Shown: in pieces, positions 30,901 to 40,223 of the stretch | How positions within the stretch are numbered: the stretch's first letter is position 1 | Layout: each line of letters opens with the position of its first letter | Source: Promethearchaeia archaeon | GTDB lineage: Archaea > Asgardarchaeota > Lokiarchaeia > Sigyniarchaeales > SOKP01 | Assembly: GCA_029856155.1 (NCBI GenBank) | Contig: JAHQWL010000081.1 | Coordinates: 7,812-71,811, forward strand | Direction of reading: 5' to 3' | Length of the DNA: 64,000 nucleotides | The notes under the pieces: generated by a model | Database searches by the model: none | What the model saw: only the letters and a program-made list of their open reading frames with translations | What the model was told of the DNA's origin: nothing | Made by a program: the position numbers and the translations under genes

Positions 30901-31512
30901 ATGAATCTTAAAAAAGCTTTTTCAGAAATAACTGAGTTATTAGATATATTATATCAAGATAGAGAAGAGATTTTAAAATTATCTCGTGATGTAATTAGAG
31001 ACTGCAGTATAGCTATAAAAAATGTTCATAGAAAAGAATTTGATAAATTTCATGAAAGAATAAACCAGATTAAGATTAACCATAAGAAGTTAATCGAAAT
31101 AGTCAATAAAAATCCTGGTATATTTTTCAAATATCTAAAGACACCTGAGCAAGAATACGTTGAATCAATTGCTTTTCATTCAATTATTAGTAAAAAAGAG
31201 ATTCCTTCACCTTTGGAATTAAATGTTAATCCTTTAAATTTTCTACTAGGATTAGCAGACGTTATTGGAGAATTGCGGAGATATGCTTTAGACAATATTA
31301 GAAATTCTCGTGTTGAAGATTTAAATTCGATCTTAGAAAAGATGGATGAGATCTACACTTATTTATTCACTATTGATTATCCCTCTGGTGTAACTCAAGA
31401 TTTAAGACATAAAGTAGATGTTGCTAGAAATATAATCGAAAAAACAAGAGGAGATATATCCCTAGCAATTCAAATGGATGATTTGAAGAGATGTTTTAAA
31501 AACAAGATGTAA
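30901..31512 (+). CDS. Translin-family protein
   Basis: GLADVIGELRRYALD is the translin hallmark G..D..GEL.R. The protein is all-helical and about 200 aa. I prefer the ATG at 30901. Confidence 0.6.
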   Translation: MNLKKAFSEITELLDILYQDREEILKLSRDVIRDCSIAIKNVHRKEFDKFHERINQIKINHKKLIEIVNKNPGIFFKYLKTPEQEYVESIAFHSIISKKEIPSPLELNVNPLNFLLGLADVIGELRRYALDNIRNSRVEDLNSILEKMDEIYTYLFTIDYPSGVTQDLRHKVDVARNIIEKTRGDISLAIQMDDLKRCFKNKM

Positions 31513-31555
31513 TTTTAACATTAATTATCTGAAATAGGTATGTGAGCAGAAAAAG

Positions 31556-32008
31556 ATGAATATAGAAAAGAAGAGGATAATGATAGCTGGAACGTTTGAT
31601 CTTATTCATGCGGGTCACATTTACCTAATTAATGAAGCGGCAAAATTAGGAAACGTGTATGTGGTTGTTGCTACTGATAAAAATCGTGAATTATTCTCAG
31701 GAGAACGACCTATTATTTCCCAGGAACAAAGATTAGAAATTATTAAGAATTTAAAAAATGTAACAGACGCTAGATTAGGAAGAAGTGATAATGATACACT
31801 TAAAACAGTTGAAGAAATTAATCCAGACATAATTCTATTAGGGCCAGATCAGAAATATAGTATTGAAATTCTTAAACAAAAGCTTAGAAAAGAAAATCTA
31901 GATCATATTGAGGTAAAGAGACTAGAAACTTATTATGATAAATACAAATTACATAGTTCAAGCTTAATAAAACAAAAAATAATTGAAAAATATAAAGAAA
32001 AAAACTAA
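31556..32008 (+). CDS. ribL: FAD synthetase (archaeal FMN adenylyltransferase, cytidylyltransferase fold)
   Basis: IMIAGTFDLIHAGHIYLINEA is the (T/H)xGH nucleotidyltransferase motif. Size (150 aa) and adjacency to riboflavin kinase fit RibL. Confidence 0.75.
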   Translation: MNIEKKRIMIAGTFDLIHAGHIYLINEAAKLGNVYVVVATDKNRELFSGERPIISQEQRLEIIKNLKNVTDARLGRSDNDTLKTVEEINPDIILLGPDQKYSIEILKQKLRKENLDHIEVKRLETYYDKYKLHSSSLIKQKIIEKYKEKN

Positions 32009-32015
32009 ATCAATT

Positions 32016-32744
32016 GTGATAATGGAGGATAAAGAAAGTATCTCTTCAGAAAATTATGCAAATTGGTTTGCACTTTATCATCTTTGCCAAAATATTGGAA
32101 GTCGAAAAGCTATCCATATTAGTAGTGTTGAATTTGGGAAAATACTTAATTTATCTCAACAAACAGCTTCAAGAAGAATAAATCAATTAGAAGATATAGG
32201 CTGGATACAACGAAAGATTGCGGGGAAAGATCAGATTATAAGAATTACAAAGAAAGGTGCTGCTGTTATGCTTGCAATGTATAAAGATTTAAAACAAATA
32301 TTAGAAGACATATTAATTGTGGGAGAAGTCACTGAAGGAATGGGTGAAGGAGGTTATTATGTTAGAATTAAGGAATATTATGATCAATTTAGAGAAAAAT
32401 TAGGATATAAACCTTATTTTGGAACATTAAATGTTCAGTTAAGTGATCTTAATAAAGAATTATTGGATGAAAACTTAAAAAATCGAATACCCCTTATAAT
32501 TCAGGGATTTGAGAAGGAAGAAGAGGGATATATTAAACGAAAATACGGTTCTGTAGAGTGTTATGATTGTATTATATCTCGTTTAGATGATCAAACAAAA
32601 AAAATAAATAGTGCAATTTTGAAGATTAAAAGAACACACCATAAGAAAAATATAGTAGAAATTTTAGCAGAACCCTATTTAAGAGACACACTTAAATTAA
32701 AAGATGGTGTTCGTGTTAGAATAGAATTGATAAAAAAGAGTTAA
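32016..32744 (+). CDS. ribK: CTP-dependent riboflavin kinase with N-terminal wHTH (RbkR-like)
   Basis: The N-terminus has a wHTH (FGKILNLSQQTASRRINQLEDIGWIQR). The C-terminus has GEGGYYV..YYDQFREKLGYKPYFGTLNVQL, the archaeal RibK signature. The start is GTG 32016 or ATG 32022. Confidence 0.75.
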   Translation: MIMEDKESISSENYANWFALYHLCQNIGSRKAIHISSVEFGKILNLSQQTASRRINQLEDIGWIQRKIAGKDQIIRITKKGAAVMLAMYKDLKQILEDILIVGEVTEGMGEGGYYVRIKEYYDQFREKLGYKPYFGTLNVQLSDLNKELLDENLKNRIPLIIQGFEKEEEGYIKRKYGSVECYDCIISRLDDQTKKINSAILKIKRTHHKKNIVEILAEPYLRDTLKLKDGVRVRIELIKKS

Positions 32745-32760
32745 TTGTATACTACACTTT

Positions 32761-33381
32761 CTATTGATTTTCTACTTTTTTAATTTGAAGGGAAATTTTT
32801 TTAACTCTATAAAGATATGTGCCTATTACAAGCCACATATAAATAAATAAAAATTCTGCGGTAAAACCATAGAAAAAAGCGAATAACATTGTTATAAAAA
32901 TATAAAATAATCTTTCAGATCTAGCCATCAAACCTATGTCAAAATCTCCTTTGAAAAAAACCTCCACTCTAGCTCTACAATAACTAATCATAAAAGAAAT
33001 GAGATACGATATAAGTAAAATAAGTTTCATATCAATATAATTCCATAAATAATTATTCCAATTAAAAATAATAAGTCCCAAGAATATAAAAAATTCTGAT
33101 ATTCTATCCATCACAGAATCAAAAAATCCGCCAATCTTTTTCACTTTCCCAGTCAATCTAGCAATGGCACCATCACAGCCATCCATGATTCCCGTTGTAA
33201 ATACTAAAATAGAAAATATTAAGAGATTTCGAAAAAGTGCTAAATATATAAAACTAAGAAACGCAAAACAGAGCATAAAAATTGTGGCTAAATTTGGAGT
33301 TATACCAATTTTGCTTAAACCTTTAGAGAGTACTGTTATTAAAGGTCTGAAAATATACCGTAACCGATACCGTGAGGGCAT
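32761..33381 (-). CDS. CDP-alcohol phosphatidyltransferase
   Basis: MDGCDGAIARLTGKVKKIGGFFDSVMDRISE matches DGxxAR..G..xD..xD in a polytopic protein. Confidence 0.8.
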   Translation of the reverse strand: MPSRYRLRYIFRPLITVLSKGLSKIGITPNLATIFMLCFAFLSFIYLALFRNLLIFSILVFTTGIMDGCDGAIARLTGKVKKIGGFFDSVMDRISEFFIFLGLIIFNWNNYLWNYIDMKLILLISYLISFMISYCRARVEVFFKGDFDIGLMARSERLFYIFITMLFAFFYGFTAEFLFIYMWLVIGTYLYRVKKISLQIKKVENQ

Positions 33382-33513
33382 AACTAGACTTTATTTTACT
33401 TTATTTATAATTTTAATATAATATATTTTACATATTAATATAGGATAATTTTTTTATTTTGATCATTTTAAATATATAATTAACTCATTATTCAATAGAG
33501 AGATTGATAACTC

Positions 33514-33819
33514 TTGAAATTACGTTTGATTTTAAAAACAAATACAAAGAAAAAAAAAGAAATAATATTAAAATTAAGTATCCCACCAAGTAAACATATT
33601 GGTTTTATAAACTTTATAAACTTAGCCTTAAAACAAGATTTACCAATAGAATTATCTTTTGAAAAAATATCAAAAACGGGAGAAAGAGAAGAAAGCAAAA
33701 TATTTGGGCAATTCAAATTACAAGGTAAACCAGATTCACAATTATATGGATTAGAACAAGAAATCCAGGAAGAAGAGCGCAAGAAAAAAAAATTGCAGCA
33801 AAAAAGAAAACAAAAATAA
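33514..33819 (+). CDS. Hypothetical protein with a Lys-rich tail
   Basis: TTG start, 101 aa, C-terminal EEERKKKKLQQKRKQK. I recognise no family, and coding status is uncertain. Confidence 0.3.
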   Translation: MKLRLILKTNTKKKKEIILKLSIPPSKHIGFINFINLALKQDLPIELSFEKISKTGEREESKIFGQFKLQGKPDSQLYGLEQEIQEEERKKKKLQQKRKQK

Positions 33820-33939
33820 TTCCTCTGGTATGAAAAACTCTCTAAAAGTCTCTGTTTCTGGACGTATTTGCTTAAAGTTTTCTATACTCAAACTCCCAAG
33901 TTTTTTTAACGCAAAGTAAATCATTTATTGTATCATAAA

Positions 33940-34614
33940 TTATCGCTCTTTCACTAAGCCCGCCAGATCTTCTCCCTCTATCTCTATTTGTCTTAATTCT
34001 AATTCTCTTTTTATGTTGTCTATGTTTTCTTGGTATGTCATATCATAATCTAAAAATAATTTTGCTCCTCCAACTATAAGAGCTTTAATATTTCTTTTAT
34101 TTGCACCATGATAGAGTAAATTATTATATAAATCTTTAACTGATGTGTCTACAAAGGTATGAGGGAAAAGTAGATGATAACCTTGTTTCGAAGCTGATGA
34201 CGAGGGCAACGATATATGCGACATTGTAAAGATATTATTCACTGTATCTTTAAGAATTAGAGCAATACCTGATCCTAATCTATGTATAATAAATTTAGTT
34301 GCTGCTTCATCTTTGTCGAAAGAATTTATCAAACCATAATATCCCATAGGAATTTTTAATTCATTATTATTATTTGGATGATCTATTCGATCTAAACGTT
34401 CTTTTTCATATTCATTGAGATTTTTATTATTATCTATCCTTTTTTTTGAAATTCCATTAATTTGAACTTCTTGTTGTACAACTTGTCTTGTATAATCTCC
34501 TACTTGCCTTACTCGGAGCTCAAACTGTTTCTCTTTTTGTTCTACTAATCTTTCTCGTTGCTCTACTTGTTTAGTAAGACGCTCTAAAATTTCTATACGG
34601 TTTTTAACTTCTTG
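33940..34614 (-). pseudogene. Coiled-coil plus CheD-like domain (degenerate: catalytic Cys is Gly, C-terminus truncated, no start codon for the coiled-coil part)
   Basis: The CheD pattern reads HRLGSGIALILKD..FTMSHISLPSSS..KALIVGGAKLF..IEIEGEDLAG, compared with the canonical GLGSCV..AHvMLP..AKi.GGA. The frame is open for about 88 codons upstream of the track ATG (QEVKNRIEILERLTKQVEQRERLVEQKEKQFELRV..) and contains no ATG/GTG/TTG. Confidence 0.55.
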
Positions 34615-34886
34615 TTAAAATACTCAAAAACAGAATAATTTCGGAAAAAATACGTATAGTTTATTGTGAACTTATCGAGGAACAGCTCTATTTCTCTAGG
34701 ATAATTGCGCAAATAATCGATATAGTCCTGATAATAATTTAGGTTTAAATTCTTCATCCTAAAATCAATTCGCTTTTCAAGGAATTTCCTTTGATAATGA
34801 TCAAACTTCATTCCTGTTGCGTTTTTTAGCTCTTCTATAAGAGCATCTATAGATGATGGATTGATCGATGATGATGCTGAAATTTT
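34593..34886 (-). pseudogene. CheR N-terminal (all-alpha) domain fragment without the methyltransferase domain
   Basis: IDALIEELKNATGMKFDHYQRKFLEKRIDFRMKNLNLNYYQDYIDYL..FLDKFTINYTYFFRNYSVFEYF matches the CheR_N pattern (..tGi.l..yk...l.rRl..Rm..; ..ltinET.FFR). The first helix lies upstream of the only ATG (34811). An in-frame TAA sits at 34887-34889, preceded by TTG-GTG. Confidence 0.5.
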
Positions 34887-35040
34887 TTACACCAAAGCGC
34901 CTGCTATTACGATTTTTTACTCAATTGTAATATGAGTATGCTAATATTAATATTCATTGGAAGTAAAATTTGTGATTAAGGGTGTAACATAACATTTAAA
35001 ACAAGTTTTGTGGTAAAAAAATCTATTGACATTATTTTAT

Positions 35041-35790
35041 TTAATTAAATGATATAAATCCGAGTTTAATGAGATTTTTGCATACATTATAAACTTGGTT
35101 TTGATCCACATTTAGTTCTATGGATATCTGATTAACTGTTTTTTTTCCATTTATCTTCTCATAGATTACAATTGACGTCTCTCCTGTTAGATAATATTTA
35201 GGATTAATTTTTTTGGATGTTGTGAAATTGGGTACATATTCATAGAATTCGGGATCTTCTTCTGCACTAACTGTCTCGTCTTTTAGCTCTAACGGTTTTA
35301 TATCATAATCTACAAAACTATTGAAAAACTCAAATATTTTATTATTAGTTTGATCTTGAACTTTTTTATTTTCTTCATCAAGAAATCTTTCAACAGAATA
35401 TTCGAATTTTTTAAAATAATCTAACTTACCGTTCCAATTTGAAATTTGATCAATACTAAACTCATTTAAAAAACTGTTGGAAATTTTATGTAGAAATTGT
35501 TGTACTTCTATTAATTCTGATTTGCTGTCATAAGTAGCAAGATAAATTAAATCTGGAACATTTGAATCTTTTAAGAAAGATAATTTCAGATTATTATTTG
35601 ATAATTTCAACTCAGAAATTGTCCCCATTGACTCAAACGAATCTGAAAAAGAATTCAAAGCTGAAAAAAATCCAGATACCATAATAAGATTGTCTTCTTG
35701 AGACAGAAGATGGTTAATGTTTGAATTAGAAAAATTCTTAGAGAATAAAGGTAATCCATCTTTAATTATAATAACGTCGCAAATCATCAA
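35041..35790 (-). CDS. Longin/roadblock-like N-terminal domain fused to a C-terminal wHTH
   Basis: MMICDVIIIKDGLPLFSKNF..MVSGFFSALNSFSDSF..LKLSFLKD..LIYLATYD follows a longin/SNARE-like pattern. The C-terminal GKKTVNQISIELNVDQNQVYNVCKNLIKLGFISF is wHTH-like. Confidence 0.5.
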   Translation of the reverse strand: MMICDVIIIKDGLPLFSKNFSNSNINHLLSQEDNLIMVSGFFSALNSFSDSFESMGTISELKLSNNNLKLSFLKDSNVPDLIYLATYDSKSELIEVQQFLHKISNSFLNEFSIDQISNWNGKLDYFKKFEYSVERFLDEENKKVQDQTNNKIFEFFNSFVDYDIKPLELKDETVSAEEDPEFYEYVPNFTTSKKINPKYYLTGETSIVIYEKINGKKTVNQISIELNVDQNQVYNVCKNLIKLGFISFN

Positions 35791-35925
35791 TCTCAGAAAT
35801 TTATATCATATATTTTTCAGAATGTTTAAAAGCTATTTAATAATTCAAAAGTATCTATGTATTTGGAAAAAAAAAGAGTTATAATACATCTGTGATATCA
35901 GTGTAATATAACCATTCAGTATATT

Positions 35926-37032
35926 ATGATTCGTATACGCGCTCCTGGCCGGATTAATTTATTTGGTGAGCATCAGGATTATTTAAATTATCCTATTATT
36001 GCCATGGCAATATCGAAATATATATATCTAGAAGCAAAAAAGGTATCTAAGCCTTTCTTTTCAATAGAGCTCTCAGATTTAAATGAGAATCTCGAAATCA
36101 AATTAAATAATAAAGAGTTGGAATATTTTTCAAAAAGAGATTATCTTAGGAGTGCTTATAATCATTATATACGAAAAGGGTTCAGATTTCATAGTGGGTA
36201 TAATATCAAAATTACTGGAGACATCCCAGTTAATGCTGGAGCTGCTAGTTCCTCTGCATTAGTTATAGCTTGGCTATTTTTTTTAAATTCAATCAATAAA
36301 AATCATAAAAAGCTAAATAAGTATCAATTATCATTGATGGGATATGATACAGAAGTAATAGAATTCAAAGAACATGGTGGTTGGATGGATCACTTTACCT
36401 CAGTTTATGGAAATCTAATATATCTAGAACCAAAAAATGATGGACCTGAGGTAATTCACAAAAGTCTAAACCTTGATGGTTTTGTATTGGGTAATTCTTT
36501 AGAAAAAAAAGAAACTGTGGAAGATTTATTTAAAGTTAAAGAGATTACAAAGAAAGCTTTTATAGAAATTAAAAAGATCATGCCAAATTTTAACCAATAC
36601 CGCACTTCATTAGAAGAAGTAAAGAAATTTTTACCTAATCTTAAAAAAGAATATCAGAAAAAAATTATTGGAAATATAATAAATCGTAATTTAACAATAA
36701 AAGCAAAAAAATTAATTTTTAATAGCTTCTTTGATGAAAAATATAATAATAATAAGCTTAGAAATAATTTTTATGTAAAACTAGGAAATTTATTGAATGA
36801 ACACCATTATCAATTGAAAGAAAATATTGAAATTTCAACAGATAAAATTGAGAAAATGATATCAAATTGTTTAGAATTAGGTGCTTTAGGTGCAAAAATT
36901 AATGGCTCTGGCTTTGGGGGAACAATGTTTGCGTTTTTTCCTAATAATGAGGATCGACTTGTTGAATCGATCGAAAAAATAGGAGGAGAAGCATTTAAAA
37001 TAGAAACAAGTAATGGTGTGGAGATCTATTGA
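35926..37032 (+). CDS. GHMP sugar kinase, galactokinase-like
   Basis: RAPGRINLFGEHQDYLNYP is the galactokinase signature. PVNAGAASSSALVIA is GHMP motif II, and GSGFGGTMFAF is motif III. Confidence 0.8.
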   Translation: MIRIRAPGRINLFGEHQDYLNYPIIAMAISKYIYLEAKKVSKPFFSIELSDLNENLEIKLNNKELEYFSKRDYLRSAYNHYIRKGFRFHSGYNIKITGDIPVNAGAASSSALVIAWLFFLNSINKNHKKLNKYQLSLMGYDTEVIEFKEHGGWMDHFTSVYGNLIYLEPKNDGPEVIHKSLNLDGFVLGNSLEKKETVEDLFKVKEITKKAFIEIKKIMPNFNQYRTSLEEVKKFLPNLKKEYQKKIIGNIINRNLTIKAKKLIFNSFFDEKYNNNKLRNNFYVKLGNLLNEHHYQLKENIEISTDKIEKMISNCLELGALGAKINGSGFGGTMFAFFPNNEDRLVESIEKIGGEAFKIETSNGVEIY

Positions 37033-37787
37033 AAGCCGTTATATTATGTGCAGGTTTAGGAAAACGTTTAAGGCCATATACAGATTCATTTCAAAAATCA
37101 ATGATACATATTCATGGTAAACCATTATTAGAATATATCATAAATGGATTAATCTATGCTGGATTCAAAGATCTAATAATAGTTGTAGGATATAGGAAAG
37201 AACAAATCATTGAGTATTTTAAGGATGGAAAAAGTTGGGGGATAAAAATTGAATATCTTGAACAAATAAAACTTAATGGTACGGGTGGAGCAGTATTAGT
37301 GTGTGAAAATTTAATCCATAATTCGCATTTTTTTTTAACTTGGGGTGATATTTTAGTTCCATATAATATATATAAAGATGTAGTAGAAAAATTCAAAAAA
37401 GAGAATCAGAATTTTATACTGGTTACTAATTATACAGAAGATCCATATAAGGGTGGAGCTGTTTATTGTAAAAATGATTACTTATTAGATATTATAGAAA
37501 AGCCATCTATAGGTAAATCTAAATCAAACTTGAATAATTGCGGAATTTTTATCTTCTCAGCAGAAATTTTCGAAGTCTTAAAAACTCTTGAACCTTCTAA
37601 ACGAGGTGAAGTTGAATTAACAGATGCAATAAGGAATGGAATTAATTTAAGGAACTGGAAAGTTAGAGTAATTAAAATGGGAAAAAATCAATTTAGAGGA
37701 GATTTTGGAGATATTACATCATGTGAGAAATTACGTGAAAACTCATCCTGGCTTTCTAAATTGGTTAATGATAAGGAAATTATATAG
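37029..37787 (+). CDS. Sugar-1-phosphate nucleotidyltransferase
   Basis: AVILCAGLGKRLRPYTDSFQKSMIHIHGKPLLEYI. The TTG start overlaps the kinase stop by 4 nt (TTGA). Confidence 0.8.
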   Translation: MKAVILCAGLGKRLRPYTDSFQKSMIHIHGKPLLEYIINGLIYAGFKDLIIVVGYRKEQIIEYFKDGKSWGIKIEYLEQIKLNGTGGAVLVCENLIHNSHFFLTWGDILVPYNIYKDVVEKFKKENQNFILVTNYTEDPYKGGAVYCKNDYLLDIIEKPSIGKSKSNLNNCGIFIFSAEIFEVLKTLEPSKRGEVELTDAIRNGINLRNWKVRVIKMGKNQFRGDFGDITSCEKLRENSSWLSKLVNDKEII

Positions 37788-37897
37788 AATAGATTTTCAA
37801 ATTTAAAGATTTAATTCAAAACTTAAATAAAAAGAGATCAAAAATATATTATTAAACTAAATTCAAAAAAGAACCTTATTATTATCTAATGATCTAA

Positions 37898-39514
37898 ATG
37901 AGGATAAGAACACGAAAAAATCTTAAGAAAAAAAATGCAGTAATTACAATTTTCTTTCTACTTCCACTTATTAGTTTTGGGGCTTATGCTGGTTTATGTT
38001 TTTATATAATTGAAGATGTTGCTTCCTTTACCCAGAATCTTGATCCGCCAAATACAGAATATTTTTATAAATTAGATGAGATATTAGGAAATTCAACATA
38101 CTTAGACAAAATGGCTAATATTTATGATAATCAGATGGAACATTTCCACATGCCTACAAATATTAGTGTTGATATTACCTTTAAAAATGATAACTATACT
38201 GAAATTGAGACATGGCATGATACAGATAATGGAGCGTTAAAAATTGGATATACTTTGGCTTCCCAATGTTTCCGATATAAAGCAGCTGTAGATGAAGGAG
38301 ATGCTAATGAACTTTTAAATGCCACTCGAATGGTAAAAAAATGTGTGTCTGCTTTTAGTAATATGATGGCAGCAACTAATGGGGGTATAGGTCCAGATTA
38401 TCCAGGAACTCCCGCTAGATTTGTTTGTGCCCCTGAAAATCGAAAGTATCATCCTTGGATTTTTGAAGAACATCCACGACATTTTAATGGTACTGGAAAA
38501 TATCAAAAATGGCGAGTTCGACTTCATACAAGTAGAGATGAATTAGCGGGCTATTATTTAGGATTTGCGTGTGTTCTAAAATTTATTGATCCCAATCTTG
38601 ATAGTAATAGTAAATGGTGTGTTGATCGTATTAAATTACTCGTAGAACAAATGATTGAAGGATTTAAAAAGACAAATTGGCTTGTTTTAGGTGGAGAGGG
38701 GGAACCAGTTGGTTCTGATTTAAATCCATATTTTGAAGGTAGTATGTGGCAATTAACTTTGCTTAGGATTGGTGCCACAGCTCTACCCGAAAAATACACT
38801 TCACTTTATCAATATTCAGCTGCTAAGATGCTTTCTATGAATGAAGCAGCTATGGGAGGGAAGCAGAATACTGTATATGATACATATGCACTAGCTTTTG
38901 GGATGGATGTTGAAATTGCTTTAATTCTACTTGAAGATAATCCTTCATTGCAGTATCATTATATTAAAAATTTTGAAAATAAATTTTATAGATATGTCAG
39001 ATATCATCGAAATGCATTTTTTAATATTGGGCATCTAGTTTTTATGACCTTAATAGAGAATCCCTCTAAATTTGAAGATTCTTATTATCCAGACGAAATG
39101 ATAAGATGGGATGTACTTGATCAATTATGGAGATTCAATACTTCTGGATGGGGGAATGGAATTAGAAATTACAATCTTACAGTAAGGCCAAATTCAACAC
39201 GAGCAACAAGTCTTAACCCTGAAATCTCTCAGATGGAAATTGAACCTAACAAAGAAAAATGGCGAAATTTCTTCGATAATAATGTCTATGGTGGACTTTT
39301 TTCTTGGCTCGAAGATGTTATCGATTTCGAAGACCCATTATATATTTTACCTTTAACAGTTTCAGAAATGGGAATACACAGCTACCTTTGGGAGCACTCT
39401 AAATTTTATGGAGAGGGTGGTAATAATGAACCAAGGGATAATGGCTTAAGTCAAGCAGTACCTACATCTTACCTTGTCGTTTATTGGATGGGAAAAGCAT
39501 TCAATATTTTTTAG
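37898..39514 (+). CDS. Membrane-anchored extracellular protein, unknown function
   Basis: N-terminal TM/signal anchor (AVITIFFLLPLISFGAYAGLCFYII), many N-x-S/T sequons, and 538 aa. I recognise no family. It may be a helical toroid-like enzyme (TSRDELAGYYLGF). Confidence 0.5.
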   Translation: MRIRTRKNLKKKNAVITIFFLLPLISFGAYAGLCFYIIEDVASFTQNLDPPNTEYFYKLDEILGNSTYLDKMANIYDNQMEHFHMPTNISVDITFKNDNYTEIETWHDTDNGALKIGYTLASQCFRYKAAVDEGDANELLNATRMVKKCVSAFSNMMAATNGGIGPDYPGTPARFVCAPENRKYHPWIFEEHPRHFNGTGKYQKWRVRLHTSRDELAGYYLGFACVLKFIDPNLDSNSKWCVDRIKLLVEQMIEGFKKTNWLVLGGEGEPVGSDLNPYFEGSMWQLTLLRIGATALPEKYTSLYQYSAAKMLSMNEAAMGGKQNTVYDTYALAFGMDVEIALILLEDNPSLQYHYIKNFENKFYRYVRYHRNAFFNIGHLVFMTLIENPSKFEDSYYPDEMIRWDVLDQLWRFNTSGWGNGIRNYNLTVRPNSTRATSLNPEISQMEIEPNKEKWRNFFDNNVYGGLFSWLEDVIDFEDPLYILPLTVSEMGIHSYLWEHSKFYGEGGNNEPRDNGLSQAVPTSYLVVYWMGKAFNIF

Positions 39515-39707
39515 AAATTTTTAAATGACGTTTTTATTACGCAAAATCCTCTGAGATTTAAATTTCTGATTGATTTTATAAAAATCTTGAAAAAAAAATT
39601 TACTTCTTTTTATATCAGATATTAGATTAGTATTTGAAATAACTATCAAAAAGTCTATATGTTAATTTCATTGGAAAAATAATTAATTAAACAAAGGGAA
39701 CTAAAGG

Positions 39708-40223
39708 TTGGAACAAATTCTCGAGAAAAGAAGGATGATTATCTTCTGTGATCATGCTAATTTATTTCATAACATTGAAGAACTTAAAATTAGGATTAAT
39801 TATTTAAAATTAAAGGAACTTTTTACTAAAAATCATCACCTAGTTGGTTTTATCATCTACATGGGAATTCCAGATAAGATTTTACCTAAAAAACTAAAAT
39901 TTTTAAATTATTTGAAATCTCAGGGATTTATCATCCAACCAAAAAGGGTAATTATTTCTCCAACAGGAATAAAAAAACAGAAAGGAGTAGATATTTTTAT
40001 ATATAAAGATATTGTAGAATTAGCTGAAGAAGATTCGTATGATAAGGCAGTTTTAATAAGTGGTGACTCAGATTTTCTCGATGTTGTAAAAAAACTTAAA
40101 GAATTGAAGAAAGACATTGAAATTTGGAGTTTTAAGAAATCAATCTCGCGAGTGTTAATAGAGGAGGCAGGTCAGGAAAATGTTCATTATATTGATACTA
40201 TATTAGATGAAATTCGATATTAA
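39708..40223 (+). CDS. NYN/LabA-like (PIN-like) domain protein
   Basis: MIIFCDHANLF.. and KGVDIFIYKDIVELAEEDSYDKAVLISGDSDFLDVVKKLKELKKDIEIWSF follow the NYN pattern. The likely start is ATG 39735. Confidence 0.7.
   Translation: MEQILEKRRMIIFCDHANLFHNIEELKIRINYLKLKELFTKNHHLVGFIIYMGIPDKILPKKLKFLNYLKSQGFIIQPKRVIISPTGIKKQKGVDIFIYKDIVELAEEDSYDKAVLISGDSDFLDVVKKLKELKKDIEIWSFKKSISRVLIEEAGQENVHYIDTILDEIRY

Noticed and set aside
33492-33782. Minus-strand 96-aa ORF overlapping 33514-33819
   Set aside because: It is Cys/Ser/Phe-rich low-complexity sequence lying antisense to the plus-strand ORF. Neither ORF is strong, and I kept only the plus-strand one, at low confidence.
34866-34880. A C/D-box-like string, cgatgatgatgctga (RUGAUGA followed by CUGA)
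   Set aside because: The boxes are only 2 nt apart, there is no second C'/D' pair or terminal stem, and the string lies within the CheR_N-like reading frame (SSS codons on the opposite strand).
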